Source: Leucoraja ocellata | Taxonomy: Eukaryota | NCBI GenBank assembly: GCA_036785375.1 | Contig: JAWMAR010000008.1 | Coordinates: forward strand, 14,012,001-14,076,000 | DNA: 64,000 nt | Direction: 5' to 3' | Position numbers and translations under genes: made by a program | Part shown: piece after piece, positions 63,926 to 64,000 of the stretch | Numbering within the stretch: position 1 is the stretch's first letter | Layout of the letters: each line of letters starts with the position of its first letter | The notes under the pieces: model-generated | Told to the model about the DNA's origin: nothing | What the model saw: only the letters and a program-made list of their open reading frames with translations | Databases searched by the model: none

Positions 63926-64000
63926 CGATCATATGTTGCTAAAACCCCCAGAATAAAGGTACACAAAAATGCTGGAGAAACTCAGCGGGTGCAGCAGCAT

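Overview
Vertebrate genomic DNA from a cartilaginous fish, probably a skate or ray, judged by its repeat content (HE1-type V-SINEs, young CR1 LINEs, many Penelope-derived minis). The whole window lies inside one + strand gene, BCAS3 (WD40/PI3P-binding autophagy factor, the conserved neighbour of the TBX2-TBX4 cluster). Five coding exons splice in frame with GT-AG ends: 16492-16642, a 45-nt cassette at 30973-31017, 48869-48999, 52054-52219 and 60732-60832. The exons before and after these lie outside the window. The introns hold decayed and nested retroelements (CR1, Rex1/Babar, two RTE lineages, a Penelope remnant, V-SINEs, DeuSINE and LF-SINE-like relics), separated by unique blocks rich in developmental TF motifs. 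The most notable items are: a 1043-bp TIR element with a perfect 7-bp TSD (P-superfamily-like) and an outward-facing splice donor; palindromic Penelope minis with hammerhead-like cores and 13-16-bp TSDs; the ancient cassette exon with downstream Rbfox sites; and an LF-SINE-like relic. Nearly all ORFs in the supplied track are TE fragments or noise. Family assignments come from recalled motifs, not database searches, and repeat boundaries are approximate.
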